From: Escherichia phage Bp4
Length of the DNA stretch: 64,000 bases
Direction: 5' to 3' (one strand)
Sequence record: NC_024142.2
The position numbers were made by a program, and so were the translations under genes. The first letter of the stretch is position 1. Each line of letters starts with the position of its first letter. The notes under the pieces were generated by a model. The model was given only the letters and a program-made list of their open reading frames with translations, did not search any database and was not told the DNA's origin. This document shows positions 50,754-59,548 of the stretch, in pieces.

Positions 50754-50963
50754 TTACTCAGCGTCTTTGCTTGCAGGAGCAAGAGCTTTCTTCAGGTAAT
50801 TACGTACTGAACGATAGGTTTCTTTGGTATCCATAGTACTATCATTTACGAATGTGATACGTGCACAATCAGACAGTGGAATTTGTTCCACTCCTACTAC
50901 ATTTGCAGCATTAATGGTTACACGTACATCTGAGGTTGCATGAGTTACTTGAAATACTGACAT
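50754..50963 (-). CDS. hypothetical protein
   Basis: 69-aa ORF. Confidence 0.35.
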   Translation of the reverse strand: MSVFQVTHATSDVRVTINAANVVGVEQIPLSDCARITFVNDSTMDTKETYRSVRNYLKKALAPASKDAE

Positions 50964-50972
50964 GTTGTTTCC

Positions 50973-51479
50973 TTATTTACTGCTTCTTGCAGCTACTGGT
51001 TTGTTTTCCTGGTTCTGATACTTGCCATTGTAATTAGCAGGTTCCTGAACCAGATGAAATAATACTTGAGCTATCCCAGAACCAGCCGGGATATGCAGTT
51101 TCTTACGACCGTGATAGACAAGTTCGAGGGTAAGATACCCTTTCCATCCTGGTTCTATTACGGTATTGAACACAGATAATGCACGTCTTGCCCAGGTAGA
51201 CTTATCGTGAACGATGGCTACACAGGAAGGAGACATGTTGAACTTCTCAATTGCTGAAGCCAATGTGAACTTACCGAGATGGCGTGATACTTGATTTCCA
51301 TCAACGACTTTCACCATTGGAATCAACCCAAATAAGCGATAGAAGGTAATATCTTGTTTGATACGAATATCATAACCAGCTTCACCCAATCCATAGCTTA
51401 CACCATGCTCGGATACCTTACGGTCTGGGACATCCAGCAACTGAGATGAACGATAAAGAGAATTACCATTAACAACCAT
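50973..51479 (-). CDS. dCTP deaminase / dUTPase-family protein
   Basis: Motifs VSYGLGEAGYDIRI and PAGSGIAQV resemble the dCTP deaminase/dUTPase fold; 168 aa. Confidence 0.5.
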   Translation of the reverse strand: MVVNGNSLYRSSQLLDVPDRKVSEHGVSYGLGEAGYDIRIKQDITFYRLFGLIPMVKVVDGNQVSRHLGKFTLASAIEKFNMSPSCVAIVHDKSTWARRALSVFNTVIEPGWKGYLTLELVYHGRKKLHIPAGSGIAQVLFHLVQEPANYNGKYQNQENKPVAARSSK

Positions 51480-51997
51480 TATTTCATTCCTTTAGGGATA
51501 TGAACTACCTCCCCAAAAGGTACGGTAGCATTAGGATTATTCAGAACACACCAGATGATAGGAATATCAAATGGTAATTCTTTCATTGGGCGAACATACA
51601 TATCGGAGAATATGATTGCAGCGGTTGGCTTATTCTTAATAATCCAATCACGTACTGGTTCAAGGCTTGTACCACCACGACCAGTAATCTTAATCTCTTC
51701 AAAAGTATCTTCTTCAGTGATGTCTATTTCTTCCTGGATAATATCGTCGAAGGTAATTAGTGACATCTTCTTAGGATTGAACTGACTTTTAACGTAGGCG
51801 ACTTCTGAGTTAAAACGCAGAGAGTCAGCACTACTAATAGAACCAGATACATCCTCAAAGTAGGCTAAGTGACGTAGACGTCCTTCATCATCTTCTAAGG
51901 AAGGTAGATAGATGTCAGTGTAACGACGGTTGGGTCTGGCCCACGTATAATGTGTGTCATCAATGTCGGTAAAAAGTTCATCAGAACTTCCTGCCAT
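51479..51997 (-). CDS. von Willebrand factor A (vWA) domain protein
   Basis: MIDAS-like DVSGSIS and GRGGTSL motifs. Confidence 0.55.
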   Translation of the reverse strand: MAGSSDELFTDIDDTHYTWARPNRRYTDIYLPSLEDDEGRLRHLAYFEDVSGSISSADSLRFNSEVAYVKSQFNPKKMSLITFDDIIQEEIDITEEDTFEEIKITGRGGTSLEPVRDWIIKNKPTAAIIFSDMYVRPMKELPFDIPIIWCVLNNPNATVPFGEVVHIPKGMK

Positions 51998-52051
51998 GGA
52001 ACCACTGGTTTAAGGAATTGGGTAATAACCTCTTCCATACGACCAGCACCT

Positions 52052-52651
52052 TTACCAGGCATCTGTCCACCAGCCATTTTCTGGCTCTGCATTGCACGTA
52101 CTACGTTGTTGACAACAGCACCCTGGGACTGCCCGAAGTGGGGATTTCATGTCGCCAGCAAGACCTGCTCCAGCACCCCCTGACGGCTTCTGCCTTTTCT
52201 GAGGGTTCTTCATCAGGTCATCGTAGATGTCTTCTTCGACCCATCCTTTATATTGAGGGTCTTTGCAAATGCCTTCATCAATGCCAGTGAACTTGTAACC
52301 ATCTTCTTCTAACTGAAGGTTAATGAAGTGGTCACAAGCCTGGTTCCAGACTTCTGGGTCACGGCTTCCACGTCGGATGTCGTGTAGATATGCCACATGC
52401 CATAATTCATGCATAAGCACTGTTTCTCTTACATCTGGACACATCCAGATAAAGAAATCTGGGTTGAAATGGAGTTCTATCCCATCAGTACATGCAGTGG
52501 GACAATCCTCACGTTTCCATGAGAATTTAAGACTACACAGTAATGAACCAAAGAAGGCTGCGCTGCGACCTAAAAAAGCCTGCGCTTGGATTCTATCGTA
52601 CTCCCTCATTAGCTGCTCATCTGTGAGACTATGCGTAGGTATACTGTTCAT
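52052..52651 (-). CDS. putative zinc metallopeptidase-like protein (HExxH)
   Basis: HELWHVAYLH motif; partners with the vWA gene; C-terminal 30 aa look non-protein-like. Confidence 0.5.
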   Translation of the reverse strand: MNSIPTHSLTDEQLMREYDRIQAQAFLGRSAAFFGSLLCSLKFSWKREDCPTACTDGIELHFNPDFFIWMCPDVRETVLMHELWHVAYLHDIRRGSRDPEVWNQACDHFINLQLEEDGYKFTGIDEGICKDPQYKGWVEEDIYDDLMKNPQKRQKPSGGAGAGLAGDMKSPLRAVPGCCCQQRSTCNAEPENGWWTDAW

Positions 52652-52983
52652 TAGGGTGCTCCATGATTGGGGTGATAGCCATACAGTTTTTCAGCCGCTT
52701 TTCTGGCGTCTATGGCATCTTGCTTGTCTGCAAAAGTGCCCAAACTTACCAGACGTGTTCCATCAGATATAGCTGCATACCAGATGGAATCACGCTTGTG
52801 CCAGTACACACCAGTAACACCACTGGAATTAGTTACCCGTTTCTTTTGGTTTCTGGTGTTAGTTCTGCTGTCTACTAATCTAAAGTTACTTAGAAGGTTA
52901 TTAACCCTATTGTGGTCTAGGTGATCAATCTGCATACCTTTCGGGATAGGTCCATTGTGCATTTCCCATATGACACGGTGCAC
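52651..52983 (-). CDS. HNH homing endonuclease with AP2-like domain
   Basis: HNH box QIDHLDHNRVNN and AP2-like GVYWHKRDSIWYAAISDGTRLVSLGTFADKQDAIDARKAAEKLYG. Confidence 0.75.
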   Translation of the reverse strand: MHRVIWEMHNGPIPKGMQIDHLDHNRVNNLLSNFRLVDSRTNTRNQKKRVTNSSGVTGVYWHKRDSIWYAAISDGTRLVSLGTFADKQDAIDARKAAEKLYGYHPNHGAP

Positions 52984-53136
52984 TTTGTAACTTTTGCCCT
53001 TATAGTTGAAGCATAAATAACCATCGCTATTTAGATTACCTACCTTTTTCCAGCAATGCCTCTGGAGGCTACTGTAACTTTCCAGAATAGCTCCCCATTT
53101 ATGTAAACGAGTATGTCATTCCAGTTCATGTTGTGA

Positions 53137-53637
53137 TTACCCGTGAATGTAGCGAGAGATATTAGCAGCAGCCTTACGCCATTCAGGGGTAGCCTGAAGA
53201 TCTGGTAATGCATTGCCTACTGTACGGAAGTACAGAATCTTATGGGTGAACGTTTTAAAGCGTTCAATATACTGAAGAACATCAGCAAAGTTTTCTTCAG
53301 TAGTTTTGTTAGCCAGATGGTTAACGGTAGCCCAACACAGGTTGTTATCTTCTGGTAGTGCACAACCCATAGGGTCTTTGACTACTTTTTCAATCGTAAT
53401 GATACGATTGTATACCTGAGTGAACTGAACAAACTCTGTAGCCTTACCAGCAGTAACGTGACCTGAATAGTAGATAGAATCTTCATCAGGAAGAGCACCT
53501 TCTGGTAAGTTCTTGAGGTCTTTATTAACAAAGTCCCAAGTACGAGGGCAACAGAACGTTTTGTTCTTATGTGCTGGGTCGAAGTCATGCAGATAACCAG
53601 GGTTAGCATGTAAGAATGCAACCAGACGTTCATCCAT
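53137..53637 (-). CDS. AAA+ ATPase, C-terminal part (after frame change)
   Basis: 166-aa ORF whose frame is open from about 53645; continues the ATPase in the -1 frame. Confidence 0.5.
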   Translation of the reverse strand: MDERLVAFLHANPGYLHDFDPAHKNKTFCCPRTWDFVNKDLKNLPEGALPDEDSIYYSGHVTAGKATEFVQFTQVYNRIITIEKVVKDPMGCALPEDNNLCWATVNHLANKTTEENFADVLQYIERFKTFTHKILYFRTVGNALPDLQATPEWRKAAANISRYIHG

Positions 53638-54188
53638 TGCTGAGGAATCATTACATCTTCAACAAAGATGTCGAAGTTAAGTTCCATTTCAAAGTGAACC
53701 ACACGAGACTGCATTGCAGTACCCAGTGGGTTAACAATGGCACGGTCAGTAGCTTTGTTACCAGCACAGACAATCATCACATTAGGATGAAGTTTTTTCT
53801 GACCAGTCATACGGTCTAGAATCAGTTTATATGCAGCAGCTACTACTTCTTTCTTAGCTGAGTTGAACTCATCAAGGAATAAGAGCCAGCCATTATACCC
53901 TTCTGGTAATTCATCTCCCTCAATTGGGAATAAGTCAGCGAATGGAATAAACTCTGCACGGTCACCATTACGGAATGGTAAGCCAGAAAGGTCTTCCGGG
54001 GCAGAAGTTGACAGACGATGGTCTATCAACTTCATACCAAATTCTTCTGCAATAGAACGAATGATTGCAGATTTACCCATGCCAGGTGATGAAGTCAGGA
54101 ACGGTACGTTACCTGCTTTCAAAGCACGGATAATAAAGTTACGAGCTTGACGTGAATTACATACGGTCAAGGAGTCAATGCTTGCCAT
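53382..54188 (-). CDS. AAA+ ATPase, N-terminal part (real coding probably ends near 53640)
   Basis: Walker A SSPGMGKSAI and Walker B LLFLDEFN; after VHFEMELNFDIFVEDV the ORF becomes low-complexity (likely out of frame). Confidence 0.6.
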   Translation of the reverse strand: MASIDSLTVCNSRQARNFIIRALKAGNVPFLTSSPGMGKSAIIRSIAEEFGMKLIDHRLSTSAPEDLSGLPFRNGDRAEFIPFADLFPIEGDELPEGYNGWLLFLDEFNSAKKEVVAAAYKLILDRMTGQKKLHPNVMIVCAGNKATDRAIVNPLGTAMQSRVVHFEMELNFDIFVEDVMIPQQWMNVWLHSYMLTLVICMTSTQHIRTKRSVALVLGTLLIKTSRTYQKVLFLMKILSTIQVTLLLVRLQSLFSSLRYTIVSLRLKK

Positions 54189-54222
54189 TTACTTACTCTC
54201 CTAAAGCTAATGGAATTACTGA

Positions 54223-54552
54223 TTAAGATTTAGTGCAGGGATAGGCCTTGTGTACTGAGTACACAACAATTTGAGATGTATTCTTCATCTTGAGGATTGC
54301 AGAGTCATAAATAACCACTTTGGCAATCTTAGGCAGAATGACCGAATATTTAATACCTTCTGGAACACAGTTATCTGTGCTCTCGATGTAAGAGATCATA
54401 CTGCCCATGAAGAAACCTTGTCCGAACGCATCACGAGTGTCATCCAGGTAAGCCTGAGCACCTTCCAGAATTGGTTCTGGTTCAATTGCTTGTGCACTTG
54501 GGGCTAAAGCTATCAGTGCAGCTACTGCAATACCTTTAAGTAAAGTTTTCAT
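54223..54552 (-). CDS. secreted/periplasmic small protein with signal peptide
   Basis: N-terminal MKTLLKGIAVAALIALAPSAQA signal-like sequence; 109 aa. Confidence 0.45.
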   Translation of the reverse strand: MKTLLKGIAVAALIALAPSAQAIEPEPILEGAQAYLDDTRDAFGQGFFMGSMISYIESTDNCVPEGIKYSVILPKIAKVVIYDSAILKMKNTSQIVVYSVHKAYPCTKS

Positions 54553-54738
54553 TTAGTTACCTTTCATTTCATTGAGTTTAAGTACACCGATAGGGGTTAA
54601 TGACCACCCAAGACCAGCATTGAACTGAACTAAGCCCAGCTTCTTAAGAGACTGTGCGGTTTTGTTATTACGGTTGCTGGTGGCAGAACCACCTTGAACC
54701 ATACGAAGGAAGATTGCTTGGGACTGAGTTAATTTCAA
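54553..54738 (-). CDS. hypothetical small protein
   Basis: 61-aa ORF, abuts neighbours. Confidence 0.35.
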   Translation of the reverse strand: MKLTQSQAIFLRMVQGGSATSNRNNKTAQSLKKLGLVQFNAGLGWSLTPIGVLKLNEMKGN

Positions 54739-54944
54739 AGGTAATATCCTTCCAGGTTTATTGGTGTTACAAATGTATTTGCTGATAGATAGAATGATTT
54801 ACCAGTTTCTACAGCAACAGCAGCAGGTTTGCCTTCAGGTAGGTGAATCTTTAAACACACTGTCTGGTTATAAATAAAACCATTAGCAGGCTCTACATCA
54901 CCGAAAGTTACTTCATTGTTCTCAGAACGATTTGTTACTTTCAC
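54735..54944 (-). CDS. hypothetical small protein
   Basis: 69-aa ORF, overlapping start/stop with neighbours. Confidence 0.35.
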   Translation of the reverse strand: MKVTNRSENNEVTFGDVEPANGFIYNQTVCLKIHLPEGKPAAVAVETGKSFYLSANTFVTPINLEGYYL

Positions 54945-55201
54945 TCATCTTCTCCTTCATCCGGTAGCGGTGATAAATCTACACCTAAATGCTTCAGGCG
55001 TTTCTCTAAGTCATCTACCTTATTTTGATAAAATGACAGTAGCTCAGGTAGTATTCTTGTACGAGCTTGCGGTCCTAAATCCTTATCGTAAAAGGATACT
55101 TTCACCATATGTGGAGCTTTCTTCAAACTAGCTAATTGCTGTCGGTTGTCGTTGTATTCTTCATACAATTTCTCAACCAAATGTAGATTGTGGATATTCA
55201 T
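54941..55201 (-). CDS. hypothetical protein
   Basis: 86-aa ORF. Confidence 0.35.
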   Translation of the reverse strand: MNIHNLHLVEKLYEEYNDNRQQLASLKKAPHMVKVSFYDKDLGPQARTRILPELLSFYQNKVDDLEKRLKHLGVDLSPLPDEGEDE

Positions 55202-55386
55202 TTCTTCTCCGGTACGAACTGCATTACACAGCTTTGATTACGAGGGATATTAAGTTCACATTCATGCTTGAGGGTTTGTGTTACAGAGTTTGGAGTAGAA
55301 CCAAAATAGGTATTGGAGATAGCTACGAATCCTGCACCTATTAAACCACCTAGTAAGAATGAGAAGAATGCAATCTCTTTATACAT
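55198..55386 (-). CDS. small membrane protein
   Basis: 62 aa with one hydrophobic helix. Confidence 0.35.
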   Translation of the reverse strand: MYKEIAFFSFLLGGLIGAGFVAISNTYFGSTPNSVTQTLKHECELNIPRNQSCVMQFVPEKK

Positions 55387-55446
55387 TTCCTGGCTCCAGA
55401 TGTAGAAAACCCAGTCAATGCTGGGGTTTATCTATCAGTTTATACT

Positions 55447-55707
55447 TTATAGACCATGTGGTCGGCATAGACTACCCGAACCAAACGAACGGTGTCCAAG
55501 TCGGCCCAGGATTAGATTGCTTACTTCAGCAGCAGCACGACTGAATGCTTTAAAGTCAAAAACTACGATACCAAAGAGTGGGGCTGCAATAGCAGCTACC
55601 ATGATTGGAGTCAGGTCAACCAGTGACATACCCAAGATTAAGTGAGCAGCGTAGGCAATAATACCCATTCCAACACCACAACCATATCCAATAGCAATTT
55701 TACGCAT
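55447..55707 (-). CDS. small membrane protein
   Basis: 86 aa, Gly/Ala/Ile-rich hydrophobic segments. Confidence 0.4.
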   Translation of the reverse strand: MRKIAIGYGCGVGMGIIAYAAHLILGMSLVDLTPIMVAAIAAPLFGIVVFDFKAFSRAAAEVSNLILGRLGHRSFGSGSLCRPHGL

Positions 55708-55777
55708 AGTTACCTTCTTAGTTAGTAAGTTGATTTACATATTCATATAACAGACAAACAATAGTCAAAAAAGACTC

Positions 55778-55802
55778 CCTTCAATAGGGAGGTCAAGCTT
55801 GA
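55778..55802 (-). terminator. intrinsic terminator (minus-strand sense)
   Basis: Hairpin GACCTCCC-TATTGAA-GGGAGTC followed on the minus strand by TTTTTT. Confidence 0.5.
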
Positions 55803-55844
55803 GGGTTTTATTTCAGGGTTTATAACCCCAAACAAAGGATACTC

Positions 55845-56723
55845 TTATTCTGCAACAGTAACAGGGATAGTTACATCGACCGTACCATTGGTAACTACTA
55901 CAGAAGTAGCTTCACCAGCAGCCACTGGTTTAACTGTCAGTACGTTACCAGCAATGGTAGCCGTAGCACGAGCAGAATCTGGAGCAGTCTTGATAGACAA
56001 AGTACCAGCAGATGAACCAACGGGCATAGCAACAATTGTTACGGTCTTACCAGCAGCAAGATCATCAGCAACAGACAGAGCCAGTGAAGCAGGAGTAGCT
56101 ACCAGTGAACTTGCTTCGTAATAGCCTACAGCTAATAGTGATTCATCCTCTACCGTGGTTCCATTAGCATCAGTAACAATCACTTTGTAAGTACCAGCAG
56201 AAGTAGCTGTTACGTCATTAAGAGTCAGTGTTGCAGTAGCAGCGGATTCGTTCTCACCTGAATCAATATCAGCGAATGCTGCTCCAGCAGTATCAGCTTT
56301 GAATTGCCATTTATAAGTAAATGGTGCTTTCCCACCTGCTACATCAACGTGCCAGTTGATGTCTTCACCTTCGATAGTAGAGACTACACGAGGCAGTTTG
56401 GTAGCAATAGTCAGTCGTGGGGTAGCTTTCATATCAATAGAGATAGACTGCATATCCACAATGTTGTTAGGCCAGAAGCCTGCTTTACTTGGGTCTTTAG
56501 CAGAACGTTTATACAGCAGGTCACGAACACCATGATAGATAACTAAGCTATCTGGGTAAGTGGCATCTGGGTGTTCAAAAGTTCCTACTTCTATGGAACC
56601 ACCTGGGATAGAACCACTGGCATCCAGTACAGTTGCAACATTAGTGGTTTTGTTAAAACCTACTTTCAAAGTTGGCATATCAATTTCCTCATAAGTAAAT
56701 AGCAGAGTTAGTATACATGACAT
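55845..56723 (-). CDS. Ig-like domain protein (capsid decoration protein candidate, N4 gp17-like by position)
   Basis: Thr/Ala/Val-rich beta-strand repeats (TYKVIVTDANGTTVE, TVTIVAMPVGSSAGT); located right after the RNAP II genes. Confidence 0.45.
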   Translation of the reverse strand: MSCILTLLFTYEEIDMPTLKVGFNKTTNVATVLDASGSIPGGSIEVGTFEHPDATYPDSLVIYHGVRDLLYKRSAKDPSKAGFWPNNIVDMQSISIDMKATPRLTIATKLPRVVSTIEGEDINWHVDVAGGKAPFTYKWQFKADTAGAAFADIDSGENESAATATLTLNDVTATSAGTYKVIVTDANGTTVEDESLLAVGYYEASSLVATPASLALSVADDLAAGKTVTIVAMPVGSSAGTLSIKTAPDSARATATIAGNVLTVKPVAAGEATSVVVTNGTVDVTIPVTVAE

Positions 56724-56727
56724 GTAA

Positions 56728-56756
56728 AAAATAAACCCTCCGTTAGGAGGGTTAGT
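56728..56756 (-). terminator. intrinsic terminator (minus-strand sense)
   Basis: Hairpin AACCCTCC-GTTA-GGAGGGTT followed on the minus strand by TATTTTTT. Confidence 0.5.
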
Positions 56757-56967
56757 TGTTTACACAGTAGATAGCAAAAGCTATCCATCCTGCCATTACA
56801 AAGCAGCCTAGTGAGTATGCTCCATAGTAGTAATAAGCAAACTTAGATTTGTGGGCATGAACTATTGTAGACAGAACCAGTACAGATAAAACTATCAGTA
56901 TTAACTGAGAGATTACTTCAAAAGGGATTAGCATAGTTGTTACCTCCAAGCAAAAAATATGCCTCAC
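56752..56967 (-). CDS. small membrane protein
   Basis: 71 aa, two hydrophobic helices. Confidence 0.4.
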   Translation of the reverse strand: MRHIFCLEVTTMLIPFEVISQLILIVLSVLVLSTIVHAHKSKFAYYYYGAYSLGCFVMAGWIAFAIYCVNN

Positions 56968-56991
56968 TCCCGAAGGAATGAGGCTAGTTTA

Positions 56992-58239
56992 TTAACTCAA
57001 CGCATAGTCTGTTTCAAGAATGTCCTGCCAGAGGCTGTCATCCAGCTTACCAGCAGAGAACTCTTGCCCCAGTACCTGAGACAGGATGAAGCCCAGTAGG
57101 TCACTCTTAGCAATATCAGACAGGATCTGATTGTACTGACGACGCAGGTCATTACCGTAGTTAGGATGGCAACGGAAGCAGTCATGTACAGTCATTACAG
57201 GGAATGGTTTCTTAGGCAGAGTGTCAATCATATCTGCTACTACCTGACGGTCTACATAAGCAATAGTACATGGGTCAAGATAGTCCAGGATGGATAAAGA
57301 TAAGAAGCCAGACTTCTCATAATGGCTCCATAGCTCTTGTACCTTCTCCAGATTACCTGCAATCTCCCCATATTCTGATGGACCTTCATCACAGAGTTCT
57401 CGCACAGCTTCCACTAAGTCACGGTCGAAGTTACAACGACGCAGCATCTCACGTACCACCATCCCATCAATAGAGTGGGTGATGTTAGCAGAGAGCATAC
57501 GAGTCTTCTCTTCAGTACCCTGAACCATACGAGTAATGTCGAACGGTTTGCCTAAGAAGTTAACAGTCTGTACTTCTGGAACCATGACCTTAATGACAGC
57601 GTGGAAGTTGTCAGGAAGTATCCATATGTAACGGTTGGCATCTGGATTACCACATTGCAGTAAGAACTTGTTCAATGCCCAAGGACCACTAGCAACAGTT
57701 TCCATTACATTCTCAAAAGTCTTGAGACGAATACCTTCACCGAATACTTCTTTAGGCTTGGCTTCTGAGCCGTAGAACGCAGTCATAACTGCCTGCTTAG
57801 TGTCACTACGTTTAATACGAGATGCTTCACCAAGGATGTCCAACATCTTGTGATAGATGACTGTATAAGCATCACGACGTAATGGCTTACCATTCTCACC
57901 CATGTAATTAACTACGTTACACAGTTCAGCAGCAGAGCGGTCACCCGTCAGACAAGCCAGTAATTGCAAGCCAGATGATGTAGCATCCAGAGCTACGGCA
58001 TAACCAATAGGCTTACCTGCTTTCATATCTTTCCATGCATTTACACCAGCATAGAACAGTGCAGAATCTTCAGCTTCATCTACCAGATTAAGCAGGTTAG
58101 CTTCGTTCTCATCGAACCAGGCAATACGCTCATCCCATGTCTTTTTATCCAGACCATAGTTATTGGCGATATCTACTTTCAGGTATTGTTTAGCGGTTAA
58201 CAGTTGCATTTTATGTTCCTTTTGCTTCTTGCTCCCCAC
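56992..58239 (-). CDS. phage RNA polymerase II large subunit (T7-like single-subunit RNAP catalytic half, N4 gp16-like)
   Basis: T7-like motifs: ALDATSSGLQLLA (motif A), RSDTKQAVMTAFYGS (motif B), TVHDCFRCH (motif C). Confidence 0.8.
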   Translation of the reverse strand: MGSKKQKEHKMQLLTAKQYLKVDIANNYGLDKKTWDERIAWFDENEANLLNLVDEAEDSALFYAGVNAWKDMKAGKPIGYAVALDATSSGLQLLACLTGDRSAAELCNVVNYMGENGKPLRRDAYTVIYHKMLDILGEASRIKRSDTKQAVMTAFYGSEAKPKEVFGEGIRLKTFENVMETVASGPWALNKFLLQCGNPDANRYIWILPDNFHAVIKVMVPEVQTVNFLGKPFDITRMVQGTEEKTRMLSANITHSIDGMVVREMLRRCNFDRDLVEAVRELCDEGPSEYGEIAGNLEKVQELWSHYEKSGFLSLSILDYLDPCTIAYVDRQVVADMIDTLPKKPFPVMTVHDCFRCHPNYGNDLRRQYNQILSDIAKSDLLGFILSQVLGQEFSAGKLDDSLWQDILETDYALS

Positions 58240-58415
58240 TATGGAGAGCCTGCTTATTGGATGGTTAGGCAGTTACTACGTCGGCAGATAGTTTATAAAT
58301 AATGGTTTTACTCTCAGGGTTTTGAAGCTTGTAAAGCTTCTCAAAGTATAAGCACTTCACATATGTACCTGAGTAGACACACTCTTCATTAACCCATAAT
58401 TCATAGGAGCCAATG

Positions 58416-59234
58416 TTAGTCTTCATTTACTAACTCCTTATCAGCGAACTCCAGTACAGCTTTGTTGTAGCTGGTTCCCTGATAGTTGATGTGGTAGCCA
58501 CAGGCATATGTACGCCCACGTTTGTCATATTTGTGAGCCAGTGAGAAGTTATTACCTTCCTTGGTCACTAACTCCATTACCTCTTTAGCTGTACGGCTGT
58601 ACTTTTCAAAGGCTTTAACACGTTTCTCATAGTCCTGACGGGTTTCACCTTCTTTGGGTTTATCCATGTTAGGACGAGAGTCTTTTACATAGTTAGCAAC
58701 GTCCCAGTTAATACAGAGACGTTGGTTATTCATACGGTTAATGTGGTCAAGACAGACATCCATTTCATGATGGTTCTTCTTGAGAATGATGCTACCCCTG
58801 CTTTCGTAGTAACCAGTATCACGGTTACATAGAACAGGCTTAGGAGCACTTACGATAGGCAATGGATACTGGAATGCTTCCAGTTCCATCTGTACATCTT
58901 CACTAATCTCATAAATAACACCGAACTTGTCGATGGTAGGGTCATAGTTGAAGCAGTCATTCTCTGCCATCTTATACAGACAGTCAGCGATGTACTGAGC
59001 ATCATCTGAGTGACTCATGAGAGAGCCAATCATAGTTTGGATGTCAGCACGTTTATGTAGGGCAATCTGCACCATTGCATCAATGAGCAGCTTATAATCA
59101 ATTTCTAAATAGGCAGCGAATGCCTTAAAGTCAATTTCTTCGGAGTCCTCGAATTCCTTCCTCATGCGAGGGAGTAATTGATTCTTGTTGAAAAGGATTT
59201 CAAGTTGCTTCTGATGTTCAATAGATGAGTACAT
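58416..59234 (-). CDS. phage RNA polymerase II small subunit (N-terminal half of split T7-like RNAP, N4 gp15-like)
   Basis: 272 aa directly upstream of the catalytic subunit; the split arrangement is characteristic of N4 RNAP II. Confidence 0.65.
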   Translation of the reverse strand: MYSSIEHQKQLEILFNKNQLLPRMRKEFEDSEEIDFKAFAAYLEIDYKLLIDAMVQIALHKRADIQTMIGSLMSHSDDAQYIADCLYKMAENDCFNYDPTIDKFGVIYEISEDVQMELEAFQYPLPIVSAPKPVLCNRDTGYYESRGSIILKKNHHEMDVCLDHINRMNNQRLCINWDVANYVKDSRPNMDKPKEGETRQDYEKRVKAFEKYSRTAKEVMELVTKEGNNFSLAHKYDKRGRTYACGYHINYQGTSYNKAVLEFADKELVNED

Positions 59235-59267
59235 CGCTTATTCTCCTAAATGTGATTAATAACCAAA

Positions 59268-59282
59268 AGCTGCGGAGCAGCT
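59268..59282 (-). promoter_or_regulatory. hairpin promoter candidate (N4 vRNAP-type), template-strand hairpin AGCTGC-GGA-GCAGCT
   Basis: 6-bp stem, 3-nt GGA loop on the plus (template) strand, about 35 nt upstream of the RNAP II small subunit start; shares the GCGGAGC core with two other hairpins. Confidence 0.45.
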
Positions 59283-59287
59283 ATTAC

Positions 59288-59548
59288 CTAACGCTTAGTC
59301 CAAAAGGCAATACGAATACTGTTCTCTTGACCAAGATAGTTAATACGTACATATAATCCATTACCATTAAATTCTTTTCTTTTTTCTTGATAAGGCCATA
59401 CCAGACTACGCATAGGTATATTAACAAAACCTGATATGTGACCTAACTTAGTACGACCTTTTAGTTCGTTTTGTAATGCACAATAGATATCATGTCGTGT
59501 AAGTGCTCTGGCTCTGACTTGAGCAGACCACAGTTCTTCATATGTCAT
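59288..59548 (-). CDS. hypothetical early protein
   Basis: 86-aa ORF. Confidence 0.4.
   Translation of the reverse strand: MTYEELWSAQVRARALTRHDIYCALQNELKGRTKLGHISGFVNIPMRSLVWPYQEKRKEFNGNGLYVRINYLGQENSIRIAFWTKR

Noticed and set aside
51895-52092. 65-aa minus-strand ORF overlapping the vWA gene start
   Set aside because: Its 3' two-thirds are antisense-like junk overlapping the well-supported vWA N-terminus; only its 5' part is mentioned as a possible frame anomaly.
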